Assembly (NCBI GenBank): GCA_021286985.1
Contig: JAJTBJ010000001.1
Span: forward strand, 1-55,121
DNA length: 55,121 bases
Source of the DNA: Propionibacteriales bacterium
Lineage (GTDB): Bacteria; Actinomycetota; Actinomycetes; Propionibacteriales; Propionibacteriaceae
Direction of reading: 5' to 3'
Position 1 is the stretch's first letter. Every line of letters begins with the position of its first letter. The position numbers were made by a program, and so were the translations under genes. This document shows, piece by piece, positions 1 to 7,969 of this stretch. The notes under the pieces are model-generated. The model saw nothing but the letters and a program-made list of their open reading frames with translations. It made no database searches and had not been told where the DNA came from.

Positions 1-73
1 CGGCTGCTGGTGCGGGCGCGATGCTGGCCACCAGGGCAAGAACAAAGAGGCATGTCAGGGCGAGTCTTTTCAC
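1..73 (-). CDS. 5' end of a probable secreted protein (signal peptide only; runs off the window)
   Basis: Minus strand reads AGGAGA-atc-GTG then MKRLALTCLFVLALVASIAPAPAA: basic N-region, hydrophobic core, A-x-A-type end. Not in the ORF track because it is truncated. Confidence 0.7.
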   Translation of the reverse strand, partial: MKRLALTCLFVLALVASIAPAPAA

Positions 74-236
74 GATTCTCCTGAGATGGGTGAGTTGGCG
101 GCGACATTACCGGTAGCCACACGTGGCTGTCCAGGATCAAGTCCGAGATTGCGCATGATTCTGCGAAACATAGAAGATCCTGCTCATATTGAATAGCGCT
201 GGAGCGCCTACTAGGACGCGGTTGCGCCGGTACGAG

Positions 237-899
237 CTACGTCGGTGAAGCCGCGCTTAGGTCTGCCAGCGCCGCGATGACGGCCTCGGGTTGATCGGCG
301 TGCACCCAATGCCCGGCCTCGGGCACCACCACCTGATCGACGGCGGGGAAGTGCCGCTTCATGGCGTCGAGGTCGTCGGGCCGGTAGTAGTGCGATCCGC
401 CACGGTCACGCAGATTGGTGAGCAGGAACTGGCGCACGGCAGCACTAGGCACGGCCTGGACGAGTTGCTGGTCGGCTTCGGCCTTGCTGTGCAGGGTGCT
501 CAGATCGATCGCCTGCATCGCTTCGATGTAGGGCCCAAACGCGCTGACCTGCCCGGAATCGGTGGGGGAGATGTCGACCACGGCGAGTCCGGCGAACAAC
601 TCCGGACGGGTGAGCGCAGCCCACATCGCCACCTTGCCGCCGAGGGAATGACCCACCAGCACCACCGGCGCGTCGAACTTCTCGATCTCGGCATTCACTG
701 CCTCGGCCATGGACGGGAAGCTGATCTCGTCGGTCCACGGGCTGCCGCCGTGGTTGGGCAAGTCGACCAGTATCGACCCACGCTCGGGCAGCAGACCCTG
801 AGCGATCCGCATCCAGTTGCGGCCTCGTCCGAACAGCCCGTGGAGGAAGACAAGGCGCGGTGGTTGATCACCCACCGGGGTGAGGGCCAGGCCGGTCAT
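237..899 (-). CDS. alpha/beta-fold hydrolase (YbfF/ABHD11-like esterase), apparently with an internal in-frame deletion
   Basis: HGLFG oxyanion motif, GHSLGG nucleophile elbow, AGHWVHADQP catalytic His. ATG at 899 overlaps the upstream stop (ATGA). Confidence 0.85.
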   Translation of the reverse strand: MTGLALTPVGDQPPRLVFLHGLFGRGRNWMRIAQGLLPERGSILVDLPNHGGSPWTDEISFPSMAEAVNAEIEKFDAPVVLVGHSLGGKVAMWAALTRPELFAGLAVVDISPTDSGQVSAFGPYIEAMQAIDLSTLHSKAEADQQLVQAVPSAAVRQFLLTNLRDRGGSHYYRPDDLDAMKRHFPAVDQVVVPEAGHWVHADQPEAVIAALADLSAASPT

Positions 900-1171
900 G
901 GGCGGCGGCTCCAGCATCCGTGATGCCAGTGACGGCGCTCATCCACAGCTGAGGCTGAGCCGATGCTCGCCTGTCGCGGCCACGCGACCACGTGCGGCGT
1001 GCCGGGGGTGATCTCACGACCACAGCCGGGGCAGTGGTAGAGCTTGGTGGCCGCGTCGGCGCTCATCGCCTGCACCATCCACTCGCCATCGCCACGCTGT
1101 TCGGACCGGGCGAAAGCGTTGGTGTTGAGCGGCCGGGGTGCGCGCAGATGCTTGGAGGGACGCTTGGCCAT
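896..1171 (-). CDS. small conserved actinobacterial protein, possibly metal-binding (CPGC...HVVAWP...RRHWH..CW), typically found next to nucS
   Basis: 91 aa with YHCPGC, HVVAWP and RRHWHHGCW; coupled to the hydrolase and divergent from nucS. Confidence 0.8.
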   Translation of the reverse strand: MAKRPSKHLRAPRPLNTNAFARSEQRGDGEWMVQAMSADAATKLYHCPGCGREITPGTPHVVAWPRQASIGSASAVDERRHWHHGCWSRRP

Positions 1172-1236
1172 GAAGTAGTCCTATGCCACTTTCGTGCCGA
1201 TGGGCAAGTCGGGGAACTGCCCGGTATGTTGTCCGG

Positions 1237-1947
1237 GTGCGCCTGATGATTGCTCGTTGCCAGGTCGACTATGCCGGACGCTTGACCGCCCACCTCCCGA
1301 TGGCGACCCGCCTGATCATGGTGAAAGCGGACGGCTCGGTGTCGATCCATGCCGATGACCGTGCTTACAAACCGCTGAACTGGATGAGCGCTCCGTGCAC
1401 GCTCAAGATCTCCCCGCCGCCGCCGGACGTGGAGGCGGTGCTGGCTGCCGACGAAGTCGGACTGACCCAGGTGTGGGAGGTTCGCAACAACGATGGCGAC
1501 ACTCTGCAGATCTCGATCGGCGAAGTGCTGCACGACTCCCAGCACGAGCTCGGCATCGACCCCGGTCTGCAGAAGGATGGCGTCGAAGCGCACCTGCAGG
1601 CGCTGCTGGCAGAGAATCCGGCGGCGTTCGGCGAGGGCTGGACACTGGTGCAGCGGGAGTACTTCACCCCGATCGGCCCGGTCGACTTGCTGTTCCGTGA
1701 TCAGTCCGGCGGCTATGTCGCCGTCGAAGTGAAGCGACGCGGCGAGATCGATGGCGTCGAGCAATTGACCCGCTACCTGGAATTGATGAACGCCGATCCG
1801 TTGCTCGCCCCGGTGCGGGGAGTGTTCGCCGCGCAGCAGATCAAGCCGCAGGCGCGCACTCTCGCCGGCACCCGATCGATCGACTGCGTCCTGGTGGACT
1901 ACGACGCGTTGCGCGGGTTGGACGACGCGTCCGAGCGGCTGTTTTAG
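1237..1947 (+). CDS. nucS: mismatch-specific endonuclease NucS/EndoMS
   Basis: [34 protein letters not shown]...VAVEVKR...[11 protein letters not shown] at 1237 lies 6 nt after TATGTT. Confidence 0.95.
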   Translation: MRLMIARCQVDYAGRLTAHLPMATRLIMVKADGSVSIHADDRAYKPLNWMSAPCTLKISPPPPDVEAVLAADEVGLTQVWEVRNNDGDTLQISIGEVLHDSQHELGIDPGLQKDGVEAHLQALLAENPAAFGEGWTLVQREYFTPIGPVDLLFRDQSGGYVAVEVKRRGEIDGVEQLTRYLELMNADPLLAPVRGVFAAQQIKPQARTLAGTRSIDCVLVDYDALRGLDDASERLF

Positions 1948-2037
1948 GCGAGGGCGCGGGTGCGCCGTGCGCGGCTCTAGGGCACCGGAGACAGCCCAGG
2001 GATTTCCTCTGTCATCGATGATCGGCACACTGGTCGC

Positions 2038-2439
2038 ATGGCAGAGATCCAGTTCGTACGCCCGGCCGGTCTCGTGGTGAGTCCTGCGTTCAGCCATGTG
2101 GCCGTGGTCCCGCCCGGAGCAACCACCATCTACGTGGGCGGCCAGAATGCCGTCGATGCCAATGGTGTGCTGATCGGCGCCGGCGACATCGCTGCGCAGT
2201 CGTCGCGCGCCCTGAAGAACGCCGCTCTGGCTCTGGAAGCGGTCGGCGCGACCCTTGACGACGTCGTCCAATGGACGGTCCTGCTCGTGGAAGGGGTCGA
2301 CCTGCGGGCGGCCTACGGTGCCATTGCCGCAGAGCTGGCTTCCGACGAGCCGCCACTGGTGGTGAGCGCCCGGGTGGCGGGGCTCGGTGTGGCGGGCGCG
2401 CTGGTGGAGATATCGGCCATCGCGGCCGTCCTGCGATAG
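2038..2439 (+). CDS. Rid (YjgF/YER057c/UK114) family protein
   Basis: FSH...IYVGGQ, GATLDDVV and LVEISAIA; 133 aa. Confidence 0.9.
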   Translation: MAEIQFVRPAGLVVSPAFSHVAVVPPGATTIYVGGQNAVDANGVLIGAGDIAAQSSRALKNAALALEAVGATLDDVVQWTVLLVEGVDLRAAYGAIAAELASDEPPLVVSARVAGLGVAGALVEISAIAAVLR

Positions 2440-2470
2440 GGACGTCGGCGGCTGCGGGGTGCTGATGTCC
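2440..2470 (+). terminator. stem-loop between convergent genes (probable terminator)
   Basis: GGACGTCGGC (2440-2449) pairs with GCTGATGTCC (2461-2470), using two G.U pairs on the + strand, immediately after the Rid stop codon. Confidence 0.55.
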
Positions 2471-2490
2471 AAGCGGTCCGGTGCTGTGGC

Positions 2491-3705
2491 CTACCGGCGA
2501 TCGAGATGGGGAACCAGTACTTCGCGGTACAGCAGCAGCAGGGCCGCAGTAATCGGGATGGCCAGGATCGCCCCGAGAATGCCGGCCAGCATGCCGCCGG
2601 CGATCGCGGCGAGCATCACCAGTACCGCCGGGATCTGCACGGAGCGGGCGAAGATCTTCGGCCCGATGAAATAGGCGTCGATCTGTTGGTAGACCAGGAA
2701 GAAGCCCAGGGTAATGAAGCCCGTGGTCGGCGAAAACGTGAAGGCCACGATCGACAAGATGATGGTCGCGGTGGTGGTGCCGACCACCGGGATCAGGGCG
2801 AGCAGGCCGACCACCACCATCAAGGCGACCGCGTACTCGCCGATGCCCACGATGTTGAGGAAGACCACGGTGATGGTCATCCACAGCAGCATCACGGTGA
2901 ACAGTCCCGACACATACCCGCCGACACGCTTGAACATCTCGTTGGCCAGGTAGCGCCCTCGCGGACGGCGCGACGCCGGCGCGAGTTGGTAGATCACGTC
3001 CTTGATGCTCGGCAGCGTGATCAGGAAGTACAACGTGAGCACGATGGTGATGATCACGTTGAAGGTTCCCGTGGCCACGGCTTGACCGGCGCCCAGCAGA
3101 CCGCCGAAGAGTCCGCTGATCCACGACCCGCTGGAGATGAACTCCACGGCCTTGTCGATGATCTTGTACTGCGCGTCGAAGGCGGCGATCTGCGGGTTTT
3201 GGCGCAGATTCTCCAAGAAGATCGGAGACTGAGTCACCAGCAGTTCGACCTGCTGGATGATCACCGGCACCAGGGCCCACATCGCCAGTCCCAGCAGGAT
3301 CAAGGCAACCAGGGCCACCACCACGACGGCCAGTCCACGCCGCAGTCCGCGGTTGTGCAGCCAGCTCACAGCGGGGTTCAGGCCCAGCGCCAGAGCGAAG
3401 GCGAAGACCACCAGCAGCAGGATGGAACCGAGCGAGCTGATCGTGGAGACCAAGGCGACGGCAGCCATGGCACCGATGGTGCCGAAGAAGCCGATTTGGA
3501 ACGGGTTACGTTCCAGCAGGCTCACTGAGGCTGCGTCGTCGCTCGTGCCCGGATTGAGATCCGGGGGAGTGGGCTGGGTAATCCGGCGCCACCGCCGTAA
3601 CCACCCCCTGCTGCCCGCCTCGACGGTGGGAGGTCCGTCGGAAGGCGTCGACACGGGGGCGGAGTCGACGCCTTCGGGTGCGGTGTCAGCAGGGGGCACG
3701 GTCAT
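2491..3705 (-). CDS. AI-2E family transporter (PerM/TqsA-like)
   Basis: Multiple TM segments; ALGLNPAV, LIPVVG, YQQIDAYFIGPKI, GILGAILAIPITA. Confidence 0.9.
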   Translation of the reverse strand: MTVPPADTAPEGVDSAPVSTPSDGPPTVEAGSRGWLRRWRRITQPTPPDLNPGTSDDAASVSLLERNPFQIGFFGTIGAMAAVALVSTISSLGSILLLVVFAFALALGLNPAVSWLHNRGLRRGLAVVVVALVALILLGLAMWALVPVIIQQVELLVTQSPIFLENLRQNPQIAAFDAQYKIIDKAVEFISSGSWISGLFGGLLGAGQAVATGTFNVIITIVLTLYFLITLPSIKDVIYQLAPASRRPRGRYLANEMFKRVGGYVSGLFTVMLLWMTITVVFLNIVGIGEYAVALMVVVGLLALIPVVGTTTATIILSIVAFTFSPTTGFITLGFFLVYQQIDAYFIGPKIFARSVQIPAVLVMLAAIAGGMLAGILGAILAIPITAALLLLYREVLVPHLDRR

Positions 3706-3708
3706 GGC

Positions 3709-4851
3709 TTACTCCGACTTCTTGCCCAGCAGAACGGTCTGCTCGGTCTCGGGCAGTTCGGCCTGCTCAGCCTCAACAGCCTCAACGGTCTCGACGGCCG
3801 GCTCTTCGACCACTTCTTCGGCCTCGGCCGCATCGGTATCGCCGAACTCCATCACCGACTTGCCAGCCAGCGAGTACAGCTCGTTGAGCTGGACGAGGAT
3901 GGCCTTCTGCCGACCCGCGAGCAGGTCGACGGCGGATTCGAGCTTGGCCTTCTTCTCTTCGGCCACCTTGATCGCCTTGGAGTGCAGGTTCTTGGCCTGG
4001 GCCCGGGCAGCCGACACGATGCTGGCCGCTTCAGCCTCGGCAGCCTTCCGCGTCCGCTCGGCCTCAGCCAGGACGGCCTCGCGCCGCTGATCCCAGGTCT
4101 GGGAGTCGGACTCGATCTTGGTCTGGAAGCTCTCGGCCTGCGCCCGGGCGGACTCCACCAGGGACTCCAGGGCGGAGGCCGACTCTTCCTGGGCCAGCTT
4201 CAGGGACGCCAGGTCGGCTTCCTTCTGCTGGGCCAGGGCGACCTGCTGCTCGGCGTAGTGGCGCTCGGCTTCGGCGAGCTTGGCTTCGCACTCGGTGTTG
4301 TTCTTGTCGGCGATGAGCTTGGCCTGGGCCTGGGCCTCGGCGATGATCTGCTCGGCCTCGCGCTGGGCGGCCTCGCGGATCATGGCGGCCTGGTCCTTCA
4401 CCCCGGCAAGATCGGCGGCGTTCTGCTCGCTGAGCTGCTTGCGGAGTTCGGCGAAGGTATCGACCGACTCGGCCCGACTGGCTTCGGCGTTGGCCATGGC
4501 CTCTTCGGCCTTGCGCTCAGCCTCGGCCTCGGCCTGGGAGATGATCTCCTTGGCCTTGTTCTGGGCGGTGGTCAGCAGTTCGTTGGCCTGGGCTTCGGCC
4601 GAACGCAGCATGCCGCGCGCGTGGGCGCCGAGCTTGGAGAAGTCGGTGTCATCAGCCTTGGCTGCCGCTGCGGCCAACTGCTTCTGCTGCTGGCGGATTT
4701 GCCCCTTGGCGCGGGAAAGCTGCGCCTCCACGTCACGGACATAGGCGTCAACCGCGCCTTTGTCGTACCCACGTAACGCTTGGGGGAAATTGCCCACCGC
4801 TGTTGCGGTTTCGTCAAACAGATCCAGGCCCGAAGTGTCGTCGTAGGTCAC
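3709..4851 (-). CDS. DivIVA-domain long coiled-coil protein (Scy/FilP-like cytoskeletal candidate)
   Basis: FPQALRGYDKGAVDAYV DivIVA-type motif followed by about 300 aa of A/E/Q/K-rich helix and an acidic tail. GTG at 4851 follows GGGAGG. Confidence 0.8.
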   Translation of the reverse strand: MTYDDTSGLDLFDETATAVGNFPQALRGYDKGAVDAYVRDVEAQLSRAKGQIRQQQKQLAAAAAKADDTDFSKLGAHARGMLRSAEAQANELLTTAQNKAKEIISQAEAEAERKAEEAMANAEASRAESVDTFAELRKQLSEQNAADLAGVKDQAAMIREAAQREAEQIIAEAQAQAKLIADKNNTECEAKLAEAERHYAEQQVALAQQKEADLASLKLAQEESASALESLVESARAQAESFQTKIESDSQTWDQRREAVLAEAERTRKAAEAEAASIVSAARAQAKNLHSKAIKVAEEKKAKLESAVDLLAGRQKAILVQLNELYSLAGKSVMEFGDTDAAEAEEVVEEPAVETVEAVEAEQAELPETEQTVLLGKKSE

Positions 4852-4928
4852 GCTTGCCTCCCGTAGTCGTGTAGGCCAGCATCGTAGCGGCCCGGCGCCG
4901 CCTGGCGACACCGGGCCCCTGCCTCAGA

Positions 4929-5372
4929 TCAGTGCGCGGACGAGGCCGGTTCGACGATCTCCAACAGAACTCCGCCGACGTCCTTGGGGTGGGCGAAATT
5001 GATCCGCGAACCGCCGGTTCCGATCTTCGGTTCGGGGTAGAGAAGCCGGACGCCGCGCTCGCGCAATGCGGCCGACGTCCGATCAAGATCGGCCACCCGG
5101 TAGCACAGCTGCTGCATGCCCGGACCGTTCTTGTCGAGGAACTTGGCGATGGTGGAGTTCTCGTTCAGCGGCGCGAGCAATTGGATCTGCGCGTTCTCGG
5201 CGCCCTGGGCGCCGGTGCCCAGCATGGCTTCCTCGACACCTTGCTCGACATTGGTCTCCCGGTGCAGCACCCGCCAGCCCAGGACCTCGGTGTGGAATTT
5301 GATGGCTTCGTCGAGATTGGGGACGGCCAAGCCAACGTGATCGATACAGACAAACAGATCGTCGTTGTTCAT
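4929..5372 (-). CDS. mce: methylmalonyl-CoA epimerase
   Basis: IDHVGLAV, EQGVEEAM, IQLLAPL..STIAKFLDKNGPG, INFAHPKDVGGVLLEIVE. Confidence 0.95.
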   Translation of the reverse strand: MNNDDLFVCIDHVGLAVPNLDEAIKFHTEVLGWRVLHRETNVEQGVEEAMLGTGAQGAENAQIQLLAPLNENSTIAKFLDKNGPGMQQLCYRVADLDRTSAALRERGVRLLYPEPKIGTGGSRINFAHPKDVGGVLLEIVEPASSAH

Positions 5373-5376
5373 GGTT

Positions 5377-7023
5377 CTAGCTTGTCACAGCCGGGTCGCC
5401 CAAAACGCCGTCGACCACCAGCTTGGCCTCGGCCTGAACCCGAGTAAGGTGCTCGGGTCCACGCAGGGATTCGGCGTAGATCTTGTAGACGTTCTCGGTG
5501 CCTGAGGGACGGGCCGCGAACCAGGCCGATGCCGTGGTCACTTTCAACCCGCCGATGGCCGCACCGTTACCGGGGGCGTGGGTGAGGATGGCGGTGATCG
5601 GTTCGCCGGCCAGTTCGGTGGCGGTCACGTCGGAAGCGCTGAGTTTGGCCAGCTTCGCCTTCTGTTCACGGCTGGCCGGCGCGTCGATCCGGGCGTAGCT
5701 GGACGCACCGTGGCGAGCCTCCAATGCGGCGTAGAGCTGGCTGGGGGAGGATCCGGTGACCGCGGTGATCTCGCTGGCCAGCAGTGCGAGCAGGATGCCG
5801 TCCTTGTCGGTGGTCCAGGTGCTGCCGTCGCGGGCCAGGAAGGACGCTCCGGCGGACTCTTCGCCGCCGAAGCCCAGCTCGCCGGAGATCAACCCCGGTA
5901 CGAACCACTTGAAGCCCACCGGGACCTCCACCAGTCGGCGGCCCAACTCGGCGGCGACTTTGTCGATCAGCGAACTCGACACCAAGGTCTTGCCGATGCC
6001 CGCGGCCGGGTTCCACTGCGGTCGGTGGCTGAACAGGTATTCGATGGCCACGGCGAGATAGGCGTTCGGGTTCATCAGACCGCCGTCGGGGGTGACGATG
6101 CCGTGCCGATCGGAATCGGCATCGTTACCGGTGGACACCGCGAACTTCGACCGGTTGGCGATCAGTCCGGCCATGGCGTACGGGCTGGAGCAGTCCATCC
6201 GGATCTTGCCGTCCCAGTCCAGCGACATGAAGCGCCAGGTGGGGTCGACGGTGGGGTTGATGACGGTCAGATCGAGCCCGAGACGCTCGGCGACGTAGCC
6301 CCAGTACTGCACCGAGGCGCCACCAAGCGGGTCGGCACCGATGTGCACCCCGGCGGCGGCGATCGCGTCCAGGTCAAGGGCGTTGCGCAGGTCCTCGCAG
6401 TAGGCGCTGAGATAGTCGAATCGGGTCACCTGGCTGGCGGCGCGGTCATAGGGAATCCGCGGAATCTGCGCGGTGCTGCTGAGCAATTCGTTGGCCCGGG
6501 CCGCGATCCACCCGGTGGCGTCGGTATCGGCCGGGCCCCCGTTGGGCGGGTTGTACTTGAAGCCGCCGTCGCGGGGCGGGTTGTGGGACGGGGTCACCAC
6601 GATGCCGTCGGCGCGGGGTCCGGAGTGGTCCCGGTTGTAGGTGATGATCGCGCGCGACACCGCCGGGGTAGGGGTGAAGTCGGTGTCGTTCTCGGCATGC
6701 ACAGCGACCCCGTTGGCGACCAGCACTTCGATCGCCGTCCGCCAGGCCGGGCCGGACAACACGTGGGTGTCCTTGCCGATGAACAGCGGGCCGGTGATGC
6801 CTTGCCCGGCTCGGTACTCCACGATCGCCTGGGTGGTGGCCGCGATGTGGGCTTCGTTGAAGGCGACGTCCAAGCTGGAACCACGGTGACCCGAGGTGCC
6901 AAAGACGACCTGTTGATCGGGATTGGCCGGATCGGGAACCAGATCGAAATAGGCAGCGACCACGGCATCGGGGTCGATCAGATCTTCGGGACGGGCCACC
7001 TGTCCAGCGCGCTCATGAACCAT
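5377..7023 (-). CDS. pgm: phosphoglucomutase (alpha-D-glucose-1,6-bisphosphate-dependent)
   Basis: FGTSGHRGSS, TPSHNPP phosphoserine loop, NDADSDRHG metal loop, GGEESAG. Start placed at MVHERAG (ATG 7023). Confidence 0.95.
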   Translation of the reverse strand: MVHERAGQVARPEDLIDPDAVVAAYFDLVPDPANPDQQVVFGTSGHRGSSLDVAFNEAHIAATTQAIVEYRAGQGITGPLFIGKDTHVLSGPAWRTAIEVLVANGVAVHAENDTDFTPTPAVSRAIITYNRDHSGPRADGIVVTPSHNPPRDGGFKYNPPNGGPADTDATGWIAARANELLSSTAQIPRIPYDRAASQVTRFDYLSAYCEDLRNALDLDAIAAAGVHIGADPLGGASVQYWGYVAERLGLDLTVINPTVDPTWRFMSLDWDGKIRMDCSSPYAMAGLIANRSKFAVSTGNDADSDRHGIVTPDGGLMNPNAYLAVAIEYLFSHRPQWNPAAGIGKTLVSSSLIDKVAAELGRRLVEVPVGFKWFVPGLISGELGFGGEESAGASFLARDGSTWTTDKDGILLALLASEITAVTGSSPSQLYAALEARHGASSYARIDAPASREQKAKLAKLSASDVTATELAGEPITAILTHAPGNGAAIGGLKVTTASAWFAARPSGTENVYKIYAESLRGPEHLTRVQAEAKLVVDGVLGDPAVTS

Positions 7024-7077
7024 GGACTCATCTTGCCCTGTCCCCGCCGGGATTGTCGGGCATGCCAGAATGCCACC

Positions 7078-7956
7078 ATGAGTTTCAACCCCGCCGGTGC
7101 GATGGATCTGTCCGCAATTGTGGCCGCAGCCAAGGCGCCGCCGCCGCCGGCGGGCGCGGGCTATGTCACCGATATCACCGCCGCCGAACTGGAACCGCTG
7201 GTGGCCTTGTCGGTGAAGCACCCGGTGGTGCTTGAACTGCACTCGCCCCGCGCCAACGGTGCCGAGATGTCGGCGACTTTGGCCGAACTGGCCAATGAAG
7301 CAGCCGGCGCCTATCTGCTCGCTCGCGTCGATGTCGACGCTGAGCCGACGGTGGCTCAGGCGCTCGGCATCCAGGCGGTGCCGACGGTGGTGGCGGTCAT
7401 CGCCGGTCAGTTGGCCCCGCTGTGGCAGGGCACCCGCAGCAAGGACGACGCCAAGGCCTACCTCGATCAGCTCTTGCAGGTGGCGGCGGCCAATGGAGTC
7501 ATCGGCCGGGCCGATCCGGCCAGCATCGACGCCAGCGCCGGTCCTGACCCTCGCTTCGCCGCTGCGGACGAGGCGCTGGCGGCCGGCGACTTCGACAAGG
7601 CAGTGGCCGAGTTCGACGTGCTGCTGAACAACTCGCCCAATGATGTCGAGGCCCGCGCCGGACGGGCGCAGGCCGCATTGCTGGGGCGGTTGTCCCGGAT
7701 CGATCCGGCCGCGACCCTGGCCCAGGCCGAAGAGGACGCCACCGACGTCGAACTACAACTGGCCGCGGCGGATGTCGAGGTGGGCACCGGCCGCGCGCCC
7801 GCGGCGTTCACCCGCCTGATCGCGGTGGTGGCGGCGACCAGTGGTGAGGTGCGCGAACAGGTTCGGTTGCGACTGCTCGAACTCTTCGACACCGTCGAAC
7901 CTGGCGATCCTGAAGTGCTGAAGGCCCGCCGCGCCCTGACCACCGCGCTGTTCTGA
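7078..7956 (+). CDS. thioredoxin-like/TPR co-chaperone (YbbN/CnoX family)
   Basis: Trx-like LARVDVD...QAVPTVVA, TPR-like helices, C-terminal RRALTTALF. No CxxC. Confidence 0.85.
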   Translation: MSFNPAGAMDLSAIVAAAKAPPPPAGAGYVTDITAAELEPLVALSVKHPVVLELHSPRANGAEMSATLAELANEAAGAYLLARVDVDAEPTVAQALGIQAVPTVVAVIAGQLAPLWQGTRSKDDAKAYLDQLLQVAAANGVIGRADPASIDASAGPDPRFAAADEALAAGDFDKAVAEFDVLLNNSPNDVEARAGRAQAALLGRLSRIDPAATLAQAEEDATDVELQLAAADVEVGTGRAPAAFTRLIAVVAATSGEVREQVRLRLLELFDTVEPGDPEVLKARRALTTALF

Positions 7957-7969
7957 GCCGAACCACGGC

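Noticed and set aside
5578-7242. N-terminal extensions of pgm and the YbbN-like ORF in the track, implying long overlaps (also glgX, nucS, trpC, gatB, ACT and DUF1697)
   Set aside because: Family similarity begins at downstream starts that have an RBS, a stop/start overlap or a -10 hexamer.
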